A DNA stretch of 64,000 bases from Oculina patagonica (lineage: Eukaryota), in contig NC_135758.1 in assembly GCF_052425735.1 (NCBI RefSeq), forward strand, positions 3,162,001 to 3,226,000, read 5' to 3'. Shown here piece after piece: positions 51,085-64,000 of this stretch; within the stretch, counting starts at the first letter, position 1; every line of letters starts with the position of its first letter. Both the position numbers and the translations under genes were made by a program. The notes beneath the pieces are model-generated. The model did no database searches, was not told the DNA's origin, and saw only the letters and a list, made by a program, of their open reading frames with translations.

Positions 51085-52150
51085 ACGATGTCTCTAGCAG
51101 TCCTTCGGATGCCTGGCAAGGGAAAATCCAAGCAAGCGGCCTTCCCTTTAAGCTTATTGTGCATCCGACCTGGTAGTCCACAAGTTGGCCTCTTTAACAG
51201 TCTAATTTTCAACTCTATAAAAAGACAGTAACTATAAAAGGCGCTAGACATAAATTGACGGTCATTCCTTTGTATTCTTCTTGTAGCCTGGCAAATGGGC
51301 AAAATTTGTCCGGGAAAACAACTGAGAGGGCGATTTTCATTATGTCTTGCGTCTCCAAGGAGAGATGCTGTATTGAACTAAAGACTTCCTTTCAAAAACC
51401 CTTTAGAACAAAAATAAGCCCAATGCTTCTTATTGAACTTCACGATATATTCAAAACACATTATATATATCACATTAATATTTTAAGTACCCAAGTTACA
51501 TGTTTTGCGCATGCATGCTTGTTTATTTCATGATATTTTCACTTAACGTGAGAATAAACACATATTGCCAACACACTCGTGATATCAAAATGTTGCCAAG
51601 GTCAGACGGCGAGTGAGAAAAACATCTGTTCGGTAGTCTATATTTTATATTGCCTCCATCTTATACTGATGTTAAGGTTGTTGGCTTTAGATACCTAGTA
51701 TTAAGTTCTTCGCAAGATCAAAAATTAATGTGCTATAATGACTATAACTAGCAGCGTAGACTCAAGTCTGCATAGCATCACAATTATAATTGCGAATTTC
51801 TAACTTTTCACAAGACTAATCAATGTCTTCTCACCTGCCTATTATTTTTTTTACAAGACTTCAAAAAACTATCGTAATCTTAGAATATTTCTAAGGTCGT
51901 GCATCCCTCTGAGATATTAAAAACATTATCTGTGCATTGCCTATACATTCTATATCGCCTTTGCCTTACATTGACGACATGTTATTCTAAAGTTGTTGCA
52001 TTTGACTTTTAGTTCTACTATAAGAAGGAATTTTCATACCTATCACAAACCGAACTGCCTTAGCTAACAACTCTGCCCTTAGCACTTAAATTATTTCGTT
52101 CACATGTTGTTAAAATCCTTGTGAGTCACTGCTCAAATAGTAGCTATTGA
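51085..52150. repeat. Diverged ~1.1-kb block duplicated at ~58290-59270
   Basis: Colinear shared anchors (TGTCTCT.GCAGTCCT, AAAATAAGCCCA, TGTTGCCAAGGTCAG, TTCACATGT). Confidence 0.7.
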
Positions 52151-52925
52151 GTCGTATTTTATTGTCATGTATAACTGCTCATTATGTTTAAAATGATTCT
52201 TACTTTAAGATCTGTAGATAAAACCCAATGTACCTGCCTCAGGTTTTAATGAGCTTTTTACTTTAAGGTCGATCTGTATGGATACAACCCTGGTTTGAGA
52301 CTAGAAAATAAAAGCTATTAAGCAATACATTCAATTTATGTGGTTTAATTTTTCGTACAGAGTAATTAAGGGCCAGAGTAATTTTAAGGGCGTGAATAAA
52401 ACCTTAGTTTGAGACTATTCAGATGAAAGCTTTTAAGCAGTTAACTCAAATGTACAAGATGGCTCGAAATTTTTACGGAGTCTGTGGATAACACTCTAGT
52501 GTTATACCATTCCAATGAAAACCGTCGAGCACTACTTGAATGCGACACTGGTATTCAGTTTTACAGTGTGTCCCGAAATAAACTAGTTGGATATTTTTGT
52601 TGTTGTTGTTGTTGTTTTCATTTTGAACTAGCGAAATCCAGATGAGAGTGGGTTTAAATCAGATGTGGGTTGCAATAGCTTTAAACGAGATGATGAGAAC
52701 CGAGTTGGTCAAAGACCTGTCAGAGGATGACGTTCGCAATGAAATGAAGATTTTCGAGTATTGGAACAAAAAAGAAGTTTAAACGGACAGCAAACTACGT
52801 TTTAAGAAGAAAACAAAATGATATCTGATCAAGATGACGTCGAAATACGAATTTGAGAACTGGTCGGTGTCTTGACGGTGTATCGATATCGTTAAAGGCC
52901 CGCACTTCACAATATTAATTATTTA

Positions 52926-53760
52926 CGAATATCGATGCTATACAGAGATTGGGTCAATTGTGATACAGAGTATGAGTAAGATCTCAAACAACAGCAATGG
53001 TGCCAAGTCGGTAAAACAGAAATAGCTAAACAGTACGTACTTTTGGAAAGATGCTAAGAGATAAATCTTTATATTTGAGATACTGCTAAGAAATAAATCT
53101 TTAGATATGCACACTGCTTTATTTTATTTTAACTTGGCCTGAAGATACAGTTATTACGAAACTATCCATTTGAGAACTTGTGCTCTTGTTTTTAATACCA
53201 CCACCATTTTATTAGGTGTCATAGTAAAATTACCTAGGCTACCAGTTTTTGCCCAAAAGATGACACTTGTTCACACAGTTACTCCCTTATTTTTGGTTTT
53301 TTTTGTTCCTTCCTGCGCTTTCCAGATGACTGAAACAATATCATATCTAGGAATATCGATACTACAAAGATTGGTTTATTTGTAAAACAGAGTAAGCAGT
53401 TAGATTTCAAACGACTGCAATGATGTTAGTCGGGAAAACAGAAATAGTAAACATTACGCACTTTTGGCAAAATACTAAGAGATAAATAGTTACATATGGA
53501 TACTGCTAAGAAATAAGTCTTTAGATATGCCTTCTGCTTAATTTTGTTTTAACTTGGAATGACGATACAATTATTACCTAACTATCGTTCGAGAACTTGT
53601 GTTATTGATTGTTGTACCACCACCGTTTTCAAAAGTGAGGTAGTAAAATTACCACGACTACCAGTTTTGTCCCCAAAAAAATAATGATATTTGTTCACAC
53701 GGTTACTCCTTTATTTTTGGTTGTTCTTTCCTGTTTCATGCGCTTTCCATATGACTGAAA
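52926..53760. repeat. 2 x ~420-bp diverged tandem duplication
   Basis: GAATATCGAT...ATGACTGAAACA repeated from ~52927 and ~53351. Confidence 0.75.
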
Positions 53761-55684
53761 CACGCAATCAATCTGATTGGTGTAATGAGCGGTATATATT
53801 TTTTTCAGTTTATCGGTGAATGACTTACCTGTTCTGCGTTAAAAAATAGCAGATTAATTTTAACAACAAAGTAAGCACTGGTAACCCTGAGACACATTAC
53901 ACAATTATGGACTCACTCTCCTCAGGTATGTGCACCATTTCACTAATAAACATAATTAAATTTTAACATAGAAATAACCACACACAAGGCAGTTACATCA
54001 GTAACGTAGTATGCGCATCATTTACAATTAATGAAAGCTAATATCTTTTGATAAAGCCAATCTTTAAACAGGCGATTATTTGAGGTATTCATCGAGTTGC
54101 GAATTTAATCCCAAAATTGAATTTGTTATTACTTCATTAGTTAAAATTAGCTTTGGGAAGGTAAAAAGTCGATACTGCAGCAAAACAAGTATTAAAACTG
54201 TCTTAAAACTGTTTTAAAATTAATGCATAAAGCAAGTAAGCTGGTTTGAAAACTAATTAGAAACTTATACTCTCATACTGCAACTCACGTGTTTGCTTTG
54301 TACAACTTCAAAGTGGAACAACTTCGTTCGTTCGTCGTTGTAGCTCCCTCTAGTTCTCTCACTGGCAAACTGATCTAAATTTCACCAATGAACGAATTAT
54401 ATACCAATTCCAGCAGCCAAAATGACTGGTGCTTGACATGTTGAGCAGACAGAAAAACGGCGATGTTTGATGATGCATTTTGAGTAACCAATGTTTTCTC
54501 ATTATTCGCATGTTAATATTCACCATACAAACTGCAGTCGGTAAAGCTTGACGTCAAATAATTAATTAAAAAGGGAATAATTAGTTTAACTGATATTCAT
54601 CCCATTCCTTCCATACTTGCCACATTCATTCTGAACTCTCCATGTTCATTCACGATAACATTCGGAACAAATCTAAAGCCAAAACAAGTAGCTAAAGCTA
54701 CAACAAATTTATAAACTGGCGATGCACAATTGATAAATTCATATCAAATTTACTTCTGAGTTGCTTTTTTAAGCAATTTATATATATCAAGCAATTTATA
54801 TTAAGCAATTTATGTATATCATAACCCGCATCAGCACTCTTTAAAACGATGGTTATAAAATGTCTGCTATTCTTTTGTTGAAACCGAACAGTCAGTAAAC
54901 AATGGAGCCAGTGGTACTCAAGATACCTTTATATTAATCATTTTAGCAGATACATTATTGGAGAAATCTATCAGTATCCGATTTCAAATCACTTATCGAA
55001 GTTCAACATTTCAGAATCATGCCTTAAGAAATTTCATATATCTATTTATCGCTATGCAACCAAAACATATAAGCAGCCAGTTAATCTTACAGCTCAAGAA
55101 AGTAGTGTTCAACTAAAATAAAAACATACGTACTCGGAGAAATCGGTACTAAAACACTGATAACTTAACAGAAAATACTTTTTAAAGGTTTCTATTTATA
55201 AATACCACTTATATCGAAAAAACTTTAAGGCCAAGGTAATGAATTAGCGGTACAACTTAAAAGAAAATAATTACCAGCTAGCTTGTTTCTATATCGTCTC
55301 TGTTCTGTATGTTGACTCACTTCTGTATTGGATTTGTTCTGCCTATTAAAATGATTTTTTTCGCGACAAGCCCCCGGCAACGTAACTTCGCTCGCCATTC
55401 GAAAGGATTTTTTTTAAACTACGTCACTTTATTTCGGCGATTTTTATGGTCCAAAACAACGGCTCCTCGAATGCAAAATAAGAGGCAAAATAAACAACAC
55501 CAACAAATTAAAACTGTTTGTGTTTTCTTTGTATTGGCACACGTATACTATTTTTATCTTCTTCTGAAGGACAAAAGCTGCCGAAACAAGATAAAACGGC
55601 GAAACAACACAAAGCAATATACAAAAAAAAAAAACAAGATTGCATGAATGAAGGCAAAAGTTATTGTTCGTGATCCTTGAGGGT

Positions 55685-57209
55685 TGTCCAATATACACGA
55701 CCTGATACCAGTCGTAAATGTCTTTGTCGAGTGGAGAAATCATATCATTTTGGAGACTAGAATTTTTCACTATGTTGTATCAAGCAAGGGGCCCCGAGAA
55801 ATGTTGTCGGGTCGCGAGTCGTCGAGGAACAAAACCATGCCGACCGTAAATGTTTTGTCGAGTGGAGAAATGCATATCATTTGGAGACTTAGAATTTTTC
55901 ACTATGTTGTATCAAGAAGGGGCCCCGAGAAATGTTGTCGGGTCGTACGAGTCGTACGAGTGGACAAAGCCATTGTCGACCGTAAATGTTTTGTCGAGTG
56001 GAGAAATGCAATCATTTTGGAGACTAGAATTTTTCACTGTGTTGTATCGCAAGGGGCCCCGCGAAATGTTGTCGGGTCATACGAGTCGTACGAGGGACAA
56101 AACCATTGTCGACCGACAATGATTTTTTTCCTATCTTTCTTTTAGAACGAGGAATATACACTGTGTTTAGCGTTTTTCGTTGGCACACTTTAGAACGAAG
56201 AATACATTGTGTTTAGCGTTTTTCGTTGGCACACTTTGAAACGTATACACATTGCGTTTAGCAGTTTCAGGTGTTTCTACATCGACAATTATTTATTGTC
56301 CACTCGTACGACCGTCGACTTGTTTTAGCGTGTTTCTTTGCACATGAACGAAGAATTACATTGTGTTTAGGTGTTCGCAGCACACTAGAACGAGGAATTA
56401 CATTTGTTTAGCTGCACACAGACGAAGATATAATTGTGTTTAGGTGTTTCCAGCCAGAACGAGGAATAATTTTTTATTTTTGGCACACTTAGAACGAAGA
56501 ATATACATAGTGTTTAGCGTGTTCGCTAGCACAAGAACGAGGAATACATTGTGTTTAGCGTGTTTCTTGGCACAAGAACGAAGAATTACATTGTTTAGCG
56601 TGTTTCGCTAGCACACTTTAGAACGAGGAATTACATTGTGTTTAGCGTGTTTTGTTGGCACACTTTAGAACGAAGAATATACATAGTTTAGGTGTTTCGC
56701 TAGCACACTTTTAGAACGAGGATACATTGTGTTTACGTTTTTGTTGGCACACTAGAACGAAGAATATACATAGTGTTTAGCGTGTTTCGCTAGCACACTT
56801 TAGAACGAAGAATATACACTGTGTTTAGCCGTTTCGTTGGCACACTTTTAGAACGAAGAATTACATTTGTTTAGCGTGTTTCGTTGGCACACTTTTGAAA
56901 CGTATACACATTGCGTTTAGCGAGTTTCAGGTGGTTTCAGGTGACAATTATGTTGTCCACTCGTACGACTCGACAAACCATCGCAGGGCCCTATACAACA
57001 TAGTGAAAAAGTCTCGATAATGAGATGCATTTCTCCACTCGCAACTCAGTTGTCGAGCGACAATGGTTTGTCCACTCGTGCGACCGAGAAACCATCGCAG
57101 GGCCCTGCTTAACAACATGATGAATAATTAATTAAGTATCCATAATGATATGTATTTCTCCACTCGACAAAGGCATTTACGACTCGTATCAGGTCGTGTA
57201 TATTGGACA
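55685..57209. mobile_element. Foldback-like element: TIRs, ~126-bp subterminal repeats, central ~50-bp minisatellite
   Basis: TIR TGTCCAATATACACGACCTGATAC / GTATCAGGTCGTGTATATTGGACA. About 3 units on the left, inverted units on the right, and an AGAACGA(A/G)GAAT array at 56143-56920. Confidence 0.75.
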
Positions 57210-60156
57210 TGGGTGACAAAGAGGTAATTCACGTAGAAATTTACGCTAACAACATTAACAGGGCTAGTAAAAGCATGGATGCCCATGATTAGGAAAACAT
57301 GACAACAGGAAAGCTGTACGACAGCGAACAGCCGAGGGAACAACCCAGTGGAACGGCAAGGATCGAAATGCACCAATCACAGCTGTTGAAAACAGTCCGA
57401 TCCTCACAGTGAAGCATGTGCTTTATAAGGTTACGTGTAACCAGTCGATATCATCGCCTGTTGAAGACCTAGCAGTTTGCAGTCGAAATGTTACGATTGA
57501 CGTCATCATCATCATCATTGTTATTGCACTTTACCACGACAAACAACAACCATTTTATGACCTTTATGATTTGGCAAAAGAATAAAATGCTAACGAGGAA
57601 AGTGATGATACTTCTTTTGAAGAAAACGAACTCGCATATATGGACTAAAATGGTGTACTTTTTTTAAAGTAACCGTACTTTAGGAACTGAGGTGCAGCGA
57701 GTCAGGCTGTGCAGTACTGCTCGCGATGCAGTGCTGCCTCCTTTTCTCCTCGTAACCGGGGGAAGATATTGGTAGCATGCAGTAAGAAACATAACTCAAA
57801 TTTCATGAAACACTTTGCTCGAAAGGAAAGCATTCCCGAGGACGTTATCATACTCGGAAATGCTCTTAAACTAAATATAATGCGAGAAATAAAATTGGCA
57901 CCTGTATTGAATGGCAACTAAGGATTCGATGGCCGAAGATCGATTTTCGTTTGAACAATGAGGCACAAAAGAAAGAACTCTTTGCCACTTTTGAGCCCTT
58001 TTAAATGCAAGTAACTATTTCCGCAATAGCATGATTTGAGAGAATCTTTGCCAAAGAAAACCTCACTGAAATTCCGCGAGATTTTCTAGCGAAAATCAAG
58101 AAACAAAAATTGGCATAGTACTTGGTCAATCGAAACCAAATATTAATTTAATAGATTTATAACTGTTTACTTAAAAGAAACATGGTGGTTATGGTGGTGG
58201 TTATTTTCGTTTGGTTATATTAAGGGGTGGTACTATGGCAAAAATGCGTTCTAGAACAAGTAGCCACCCTTAGACTCTCAAAATGGACAAACGCTGTCTC
58301 TGGCAGTCCTGTGGATTGCCCGACCAGGGCAAATCTAGGTAAACGGCCTGCCCTTGAAGCTTATCGTGCATTTGACCCAATAGTTGGTCTTATACTTTCA
58401 ACGTCTAATTTTAAGGAACAGCTTTTATTCAAGGCATCAGACCTAGATCAGCGGCAATTCCTTTGTATGCTTCTTGTAGCTCGGGAAATGGGCAAAACGT
58501 GTCCACAAAACAGTAAGGTGCCTTTTGATTGTATCGAGTGTCACTTGTGATCACTTGTCACTAACGATGGATGCGGCATTGAAACAAAACTTCTTTTCGA
58601 TAGAAAGTCTACCCGATAAGAGCTTGACCAAAACGAATAAACCAAAAATAAGCCCAGTGCTTTTAACTGTACTTCGCGGTATATCAAACACACAAAGTCG
58701 ATATTACTTTTATATTTAACTAACCAAGTTGCACGATTTTCATTCTTGTGTCAAGATAATTTCACTTAACATTGCAAACCCTTTCGTGATATCAGTATGT
58801 TAGCTGATGTTGCCAAGGTCAGGCGGTGACCGAAAAAACGTCCGTTTAGTCTTACTATGAATATAACCAATTTATAACTTTTCACAAGGCTAATCATTGT
58901 CTCCTTACTATCCTTAATAAAGAGTGGCAATTAGTTTCCACACTAGAATTCTCAGTAGGCTACGTAATACTAAGATATTTCGAAAGTCGTCCATCCCTCT
59001 TAGATACTGATAAAAAGACTCGGTGTATTGCCTATACGTCCTATATTGTCTTTACCTTTGATTGACGCCATTCTATTCTCAAGATTGTTGCATTTGGCTT
59101 TGACTACTTCTACGATAAGAAATTTCCATACTTAACTTAAACCGAACCATTTCTTTACTTGTTGAAAGAAACTGACACTTCTGCCCTATGGACTTGCACT
59201 CATTTGCATTTTATCCCATTCACATGTGGTTTAAACTCTGGTGAGTGACTACTACTCAAATGGAAGCTATTGTAAAAAGCAGTCAGATTATACTGCCACA
59301 ACTTTTTATCACGTTTTAATAGCACTTTATGTTATAATTGTTTTATATGAAGTGTAATGTGGTACTAACGGTTTTCTTTTCGATCTTTGTGTAAAGCCAT
59401 GGTCGGAGAACGTTCAACTAAAAATACTTCAACCGCTAAAATGTAAATAAAGCCTCCGTTTTGAGTTCGTAAATTAATAAAGACCCCAGAGTTACACCAG
59501 TCCAATGGAAACTAACGAGCAAAACAACACAAATGGCTTGGACGGACAAATGAAGGAAACCACTGGCTTACAGCAAAGGATGCATAAAGAATGAATAACA
59601 AAGGATACCTTGAAAGCAGTTTATCACAGGAAGAAGGCAAAAAAGAGCTTATAAACAACTGTAAAACCAGGACCGAGAAGGCAGCTACCAAAAGGGGATT
59701 TGTAGCCGCTCATATAAATGTTAACGAGCATTAGCATTAGGTAGGATAGGTAAAGCTCATTGATGAGAAGGTACCACAGGAAAAAGAAAGAGCAGCAAAG
59801 CAAGCTAAAGAGAGCCGTACTGTATACCCAGACAAGCTGCCTGGGAGGTGCCAGCAGCAATCACAACCAATCAGGGGAGTGGATGAGTCTGTGATAAGTT
59901 TACCAAAAATGGAGCTTACAAAATAGGAAGAAAATATCAGTGACTGACGCAACCAACCATTATCACTATCAACTCCAAGAAAGTGGGAAGAAGTGGACGA
60001 ATTTATAGAAAAAACTAGATAGACACTTAAAGATGAAATTTAATAGCATTGAAACTTTTGAAAGGAGTGGAAGTGGCAGGTACTGATAATACATCACCAA
60101 ATTTTTAACAGCTGGAGAGAAGTTATCTCAGATTTGTTGTTTTATTGCCTTCTACG

Positions 60157-60720
60157 AAAGATTTAGAAGAAAGAGCATGTTCCGGAGGAATGAAACGTCA
60201 ACAACCTGGTTAAATTGCAAAAATGGGTGACCAGCGCAGTTGTAAGAAATGGAGAGGGATGAGTTTCATCTAATTACCAGGTTAAGTAATGAAAAGAGTT
60301 ATTCTGAAGAGATTTAGAAAGACAGATGATGTGGCGAAAGGGCACAATCAAGTGGGGTTCGCAGTTTATTTATAAGAGATCCTGTGCAGACCAAATCAAC
60401 ACTCTGAAGGCTAATGAAATCCTATTGAAATTACCAAATCTTGTCAAGCCCCGGAACCATGCAGGGTAACACTTGTGGGGGCAGATATCCGACGATTTCA
60501 AGGTGGGGATTGGTGTGAAATCAAAGTTTTTACTCTCCCCTTTCCTATTCCTGCTAGTCACTGATTGGACTATGAACAGGACTGCGGAATGGACAGGAAA
60601 TGGCACCCAATGGACCCAGTGGCACCAACTGAATTCACTTGCTTCTGAGGACGATAGTGCCTTGTTTTCCTACGCAGCATATCAAACACAAGATAAGACC
60701 GATAGAATAATCAATGCAGC
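60157..60720 (+). mobile_element. Decayed RTE-type LINE reverse transcriptase fragment (part re-duplicated at 62215-62380)
   Basis: LVKL..GD..C.KWRG, QVGF, RSCADQINTL, LLSPFLFLLV.DW, NG.QWT..QL..L..DD.AL.S. Confidence 0.75.
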
Positions 60721-61149
60721 CGCAATCATTGATCTCACGTGTCCGAAGTTCTGCAAAAAGGTTTATTCTGAGACGTGTAAAGCTTGCCCTGTTTCAGGAT
60801 TCGAAGCGATGCCGAAATATACTTAAGTCGAAAGGACAAATTGATGTCTCAAGCGACAAATATAAGTGATTGAACGATCCCTTTTTGAGATTAAAAAAGA
60901 CGTAAAAACAGTTTAGCCATCCATGGGCTTTTATTTTAACATTTTTGTAGCCTTTGAACTTAATCGGACATTTTCTTATTTTTTTTCTTTATTAAATCAA
61001 AATACAAAATATTGACAAATTTTAACACTTAAAATACCAGAGATCATTGTTTGAGCCATAAAGAAGAGACATGCAATCAGTGTTGTATATTTAGATAATT
61101 TTTGGGCTGTTACAAAAGTACATGAAGTCTAAGCAAACAATGCATACAT

Positions 61150-61592
61150 GACGGGGGCATTGGGCCCTATTAGAAACCGCAACACCGAACAAAAAAATCA
61201 TCAAAAAAGGCAAAACTGTAATTAGTAAATGTCTACCAAAATTGAAAACCGCGCACAAAAAAATCCAATTTTAAAAACCCTAACCCTACCCCATTGACAT
61301 CTGAAGATTTTTTTTTGAAAAGGGTCTTCTTAAACATTATTGACAATTCTGTTTAGTTACAATCTAATCATACTACTCAAACTTGCATGAACAGGAAACC
61401 AAATGGGAAAAACGAAAACCACATCGAATACCAAACTGGCGAAAACTGAAAACCAAATGCCAAAAGAAGGAAAACCCACAAACTGCATAAGAAACCAAAA
61501 TCGAAAAACCGCAGTTTTTCGGGGCAAAAACTAAAAAATCGATCTAAAAAATGGCAAAAAATGCAAATCCGAAAATCCTAACGCTACCCTCA
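61150..61592. mobile_element. A-rich MITE-like insertion
   Basis: Imperfect termini TGACGGGGGCATTGGG / CCTAACGCTACCCTCA with internal AAAACCG-type repeats. Confidence 0.45.
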
Positions 61593-64000
61593 TACATTGT
61601 TGCGCGTTACTGTTGAATACGAAATGGAAGCCAACCAACGCCAATTACACCCTTCATATAGGATAATCAATGCCATCGAGGGCTTGTGACAAATTGACAG
61701 TTCGTCATCAGGGCTTATGCGCAGGGGTACAAGAAGTGTTAATGGGGCCCGGTGTTGATAACGTCAAAATAACCCTTAGGAATGAATTCATTTCCCCCAT
61801 CCGGAGGATGACTTCATGGGTGAAGGAGCGCAAGTATAAGGGGATTAGGACCTTTTCACCGTGGGGTGACATAACTTATTCGTTTAGGAACTCAACTCGG
61901 CCAAGGAAAAAGCAACAGTTCTGAGTGTGAACCGATGTTGTTGGATTTATTGAGTTTTACTCAGCCGTTCGATCAAGTGGGATCTCCTGGGATTCAGTCT
62001 AGGATTAATACAGCGTATGATTTAAACGCCACGCCAAATCTGTTTGTTTACGACTGAAGAAGAAAACGGTTTGGTGAATCGATTAAGTACAGGCAAGTTA
62101 TTTCAAAACTTCTCCGTAAACAGGGAGCTCATACGTATCCAGTGATTGCCAACTCGCAATTGACTGATTTGCTTTGGTTATAAAATGAGCAACTTATTTT
62201 CATATACCAATTTCGAAAGATTTAGAAGAAAGAGCATGTTCCGGAGGAATGAAACGTCAACAACCTGGTTAAATTGCAAAAATGGGTGACCAGCGCAGTT
62301 GTAAGAAATGAAGAGGGATGAGTTTCATCTAATTACCAGGTTAAGTAATGAAAAGAGTTATTCTGAAGAGATTTAGAAAACCGTAATTTCTTCACCCTTA
62401 AAGGCAGAGCATTTGGAGGCAATGCCTTTGTGATCATCTTTCAGTCTTGCAAATGGGCAAACATTGTCATCAAACACAGGACATTTGTGTTTGACGGTGT
62501 CAAGGGTCACCGAAGCCTAAGGTAAAAACACAAACGTTTTTTAGTAAGTTATTTAGTTATTTGTCTTTTCGACAGGCTCAGCTGGTCTGACCTAACATAA
62601 CACGTTAGCGAGAACTTTGTACCATTTTGAAAACCACATGACAGTGTTATTCCAAAAGCCATGTACAATCCGAACTAGTGCTTCTTTATGATACAAGCTA
62701 CGTATCCTATCCGATTAGCTAACTAGGAACATTCCAGATTATTCTTGTTGTTTTTAAACGTTTAAAGGAAACGAATTAAAGAGCTGTTCTTCAGCACGGT
62801 TAGTTCACAGTTTTTAAGCTCCGTCCAAGAAATTTATTAAAATGCCAACTTTCTTGGCACATGCGGTAGTTACGACAAGTCATAGTTAAAGGAAGGAATT
62901 GTTTCAGTTGCCTCAATTTAATCTGTACTGTTCTTGCATGTCCACTATATAAGGAAACCTTTGTTACCACTCTCTAATTCCAAATTTTAAACCTATAACA
63001 TGGGTTTATCAAACATTTCAAAAATAAACGCTGTGAGAAAGATAACAAGACTGTTGCTGTTGTCCAACTCTTCCAACTGAGAACTGGAACATACACCTTT
63101 TACAGAACGCTTCGACCTATTCTTCTGAAACCTTTTTGTTTCTTTTTACAGGAATCCGAATGAGGGGGGACTGTGCATGTAGCTGCAGTTATCTTGACAC
63201 TGCTACTCATAGAACACGTCATTGCACAACGTTCATGCCACTAGCATTGATCGCTAACTAAGGATAATGCCCAAGCTACAAGGCTCTTTTGTAATTAAAG
63301 TTCGCATCTCCAGCGATCATCATGAACTCTTGGTTTTCGTATTATCATTTGTTAAATAATAGCGTTTTGTAGAAACAAAAAAAGCCTATAACCAGTATTG
63401 AAAGGATGTCTCTGGCACTGAAGAATAACACCCATGATACAGATAGAGTGGAATGGTAACTCCCTTTCATCACTACTCTATTCATAGAAATCCACTTTAG
63501 CAAACTAAAACGAGCAGAAATAGCCAAACACAAGCTGCAACGAAGTTGCATTTTCCTCAAGTTTTTCGTGTCACAATTGCATTTCATCTTGTGGCCTAAA
63601 AACCCTGGAAGGATGGTTATTCTTTCGTTATTTCCAAAAAATGCAACCGATATGAACAACGAGTCAGGATCAGGCTTTTGGTGCGCGACCTAGAGGCAAT
63701 AGCGCGAGAGCTAAAACTGATTAACCCCTTGCCTACCAGAGCCAAACACACTAAGCAACCGGCGGCCATATTGAATTTTTAATGAGATTCTAAATTTGGC
63801 TAAGCAATGGCATCTTTTCAGATAAAATATTAAAGTACACCTAGATTAAGCATTTAAAATGAATTTATCTCCTCTTTCCGCATTCTCTTATTGTACTGTT
63901 GACTCGTACGCCTCCCTGGCGAACTCCTTGACCATGTGCATTTGGAGGTTCAATTTCTTCGATCGATCGAGGCTTCTTCTTCGCCACCTTCATCTTCTTT

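Noticed and set aside
56143-56920. Regularly spaced repeats resembling a CRISPR array
   Set aside because: Eukaryotic context, the 'spacers' are themselves repeated, and there are no cas genes. This is a minisatellite.

Overview
AT-rich, intron- and repeat-rich animal genomic DNA. The repeat families look cnidarian, probably stony coral (inference). There are two N-gaps, at 17398-17545 and 17852-18013. The ORF track misses the main gene, a spliced + strand gene for a ~295-aa protein without an obvious signal peptide. Its exons are 21781-21871, 22860-22942, 35205-35570 and 36013-36360. The protein has a His-rich N-terminus and two ~115-aa repeat domains carrying 13 Cys-Pro (heme-regulatory-motif-like) dipeptides. 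About 15 dispersed copies of a conserved cassette lie upstream and inside the 12-kb intron. Each has the core TGAGTGAGTCAGTGACAGAGTGAACTAC, then an ATG, then 6-9 codons of the type M(LN)MSLSKQ, then a phase-0 splice donor. This looks like a tandem array of alternative promoters/first exons, in frame with the two CP-domain exons. Downstream are four decayed paralogues of the last exon within a 3.9-kb tandem duplication. Other content: a Penelope-like element (GIY-YIG) with inverted arms and hammerhead ribozymes inserted into one cassette, a second hammerhead palindrome, several MITEs with visible empty sites, SINEs, LINE and Gypsy relics, and a foldback-like element.
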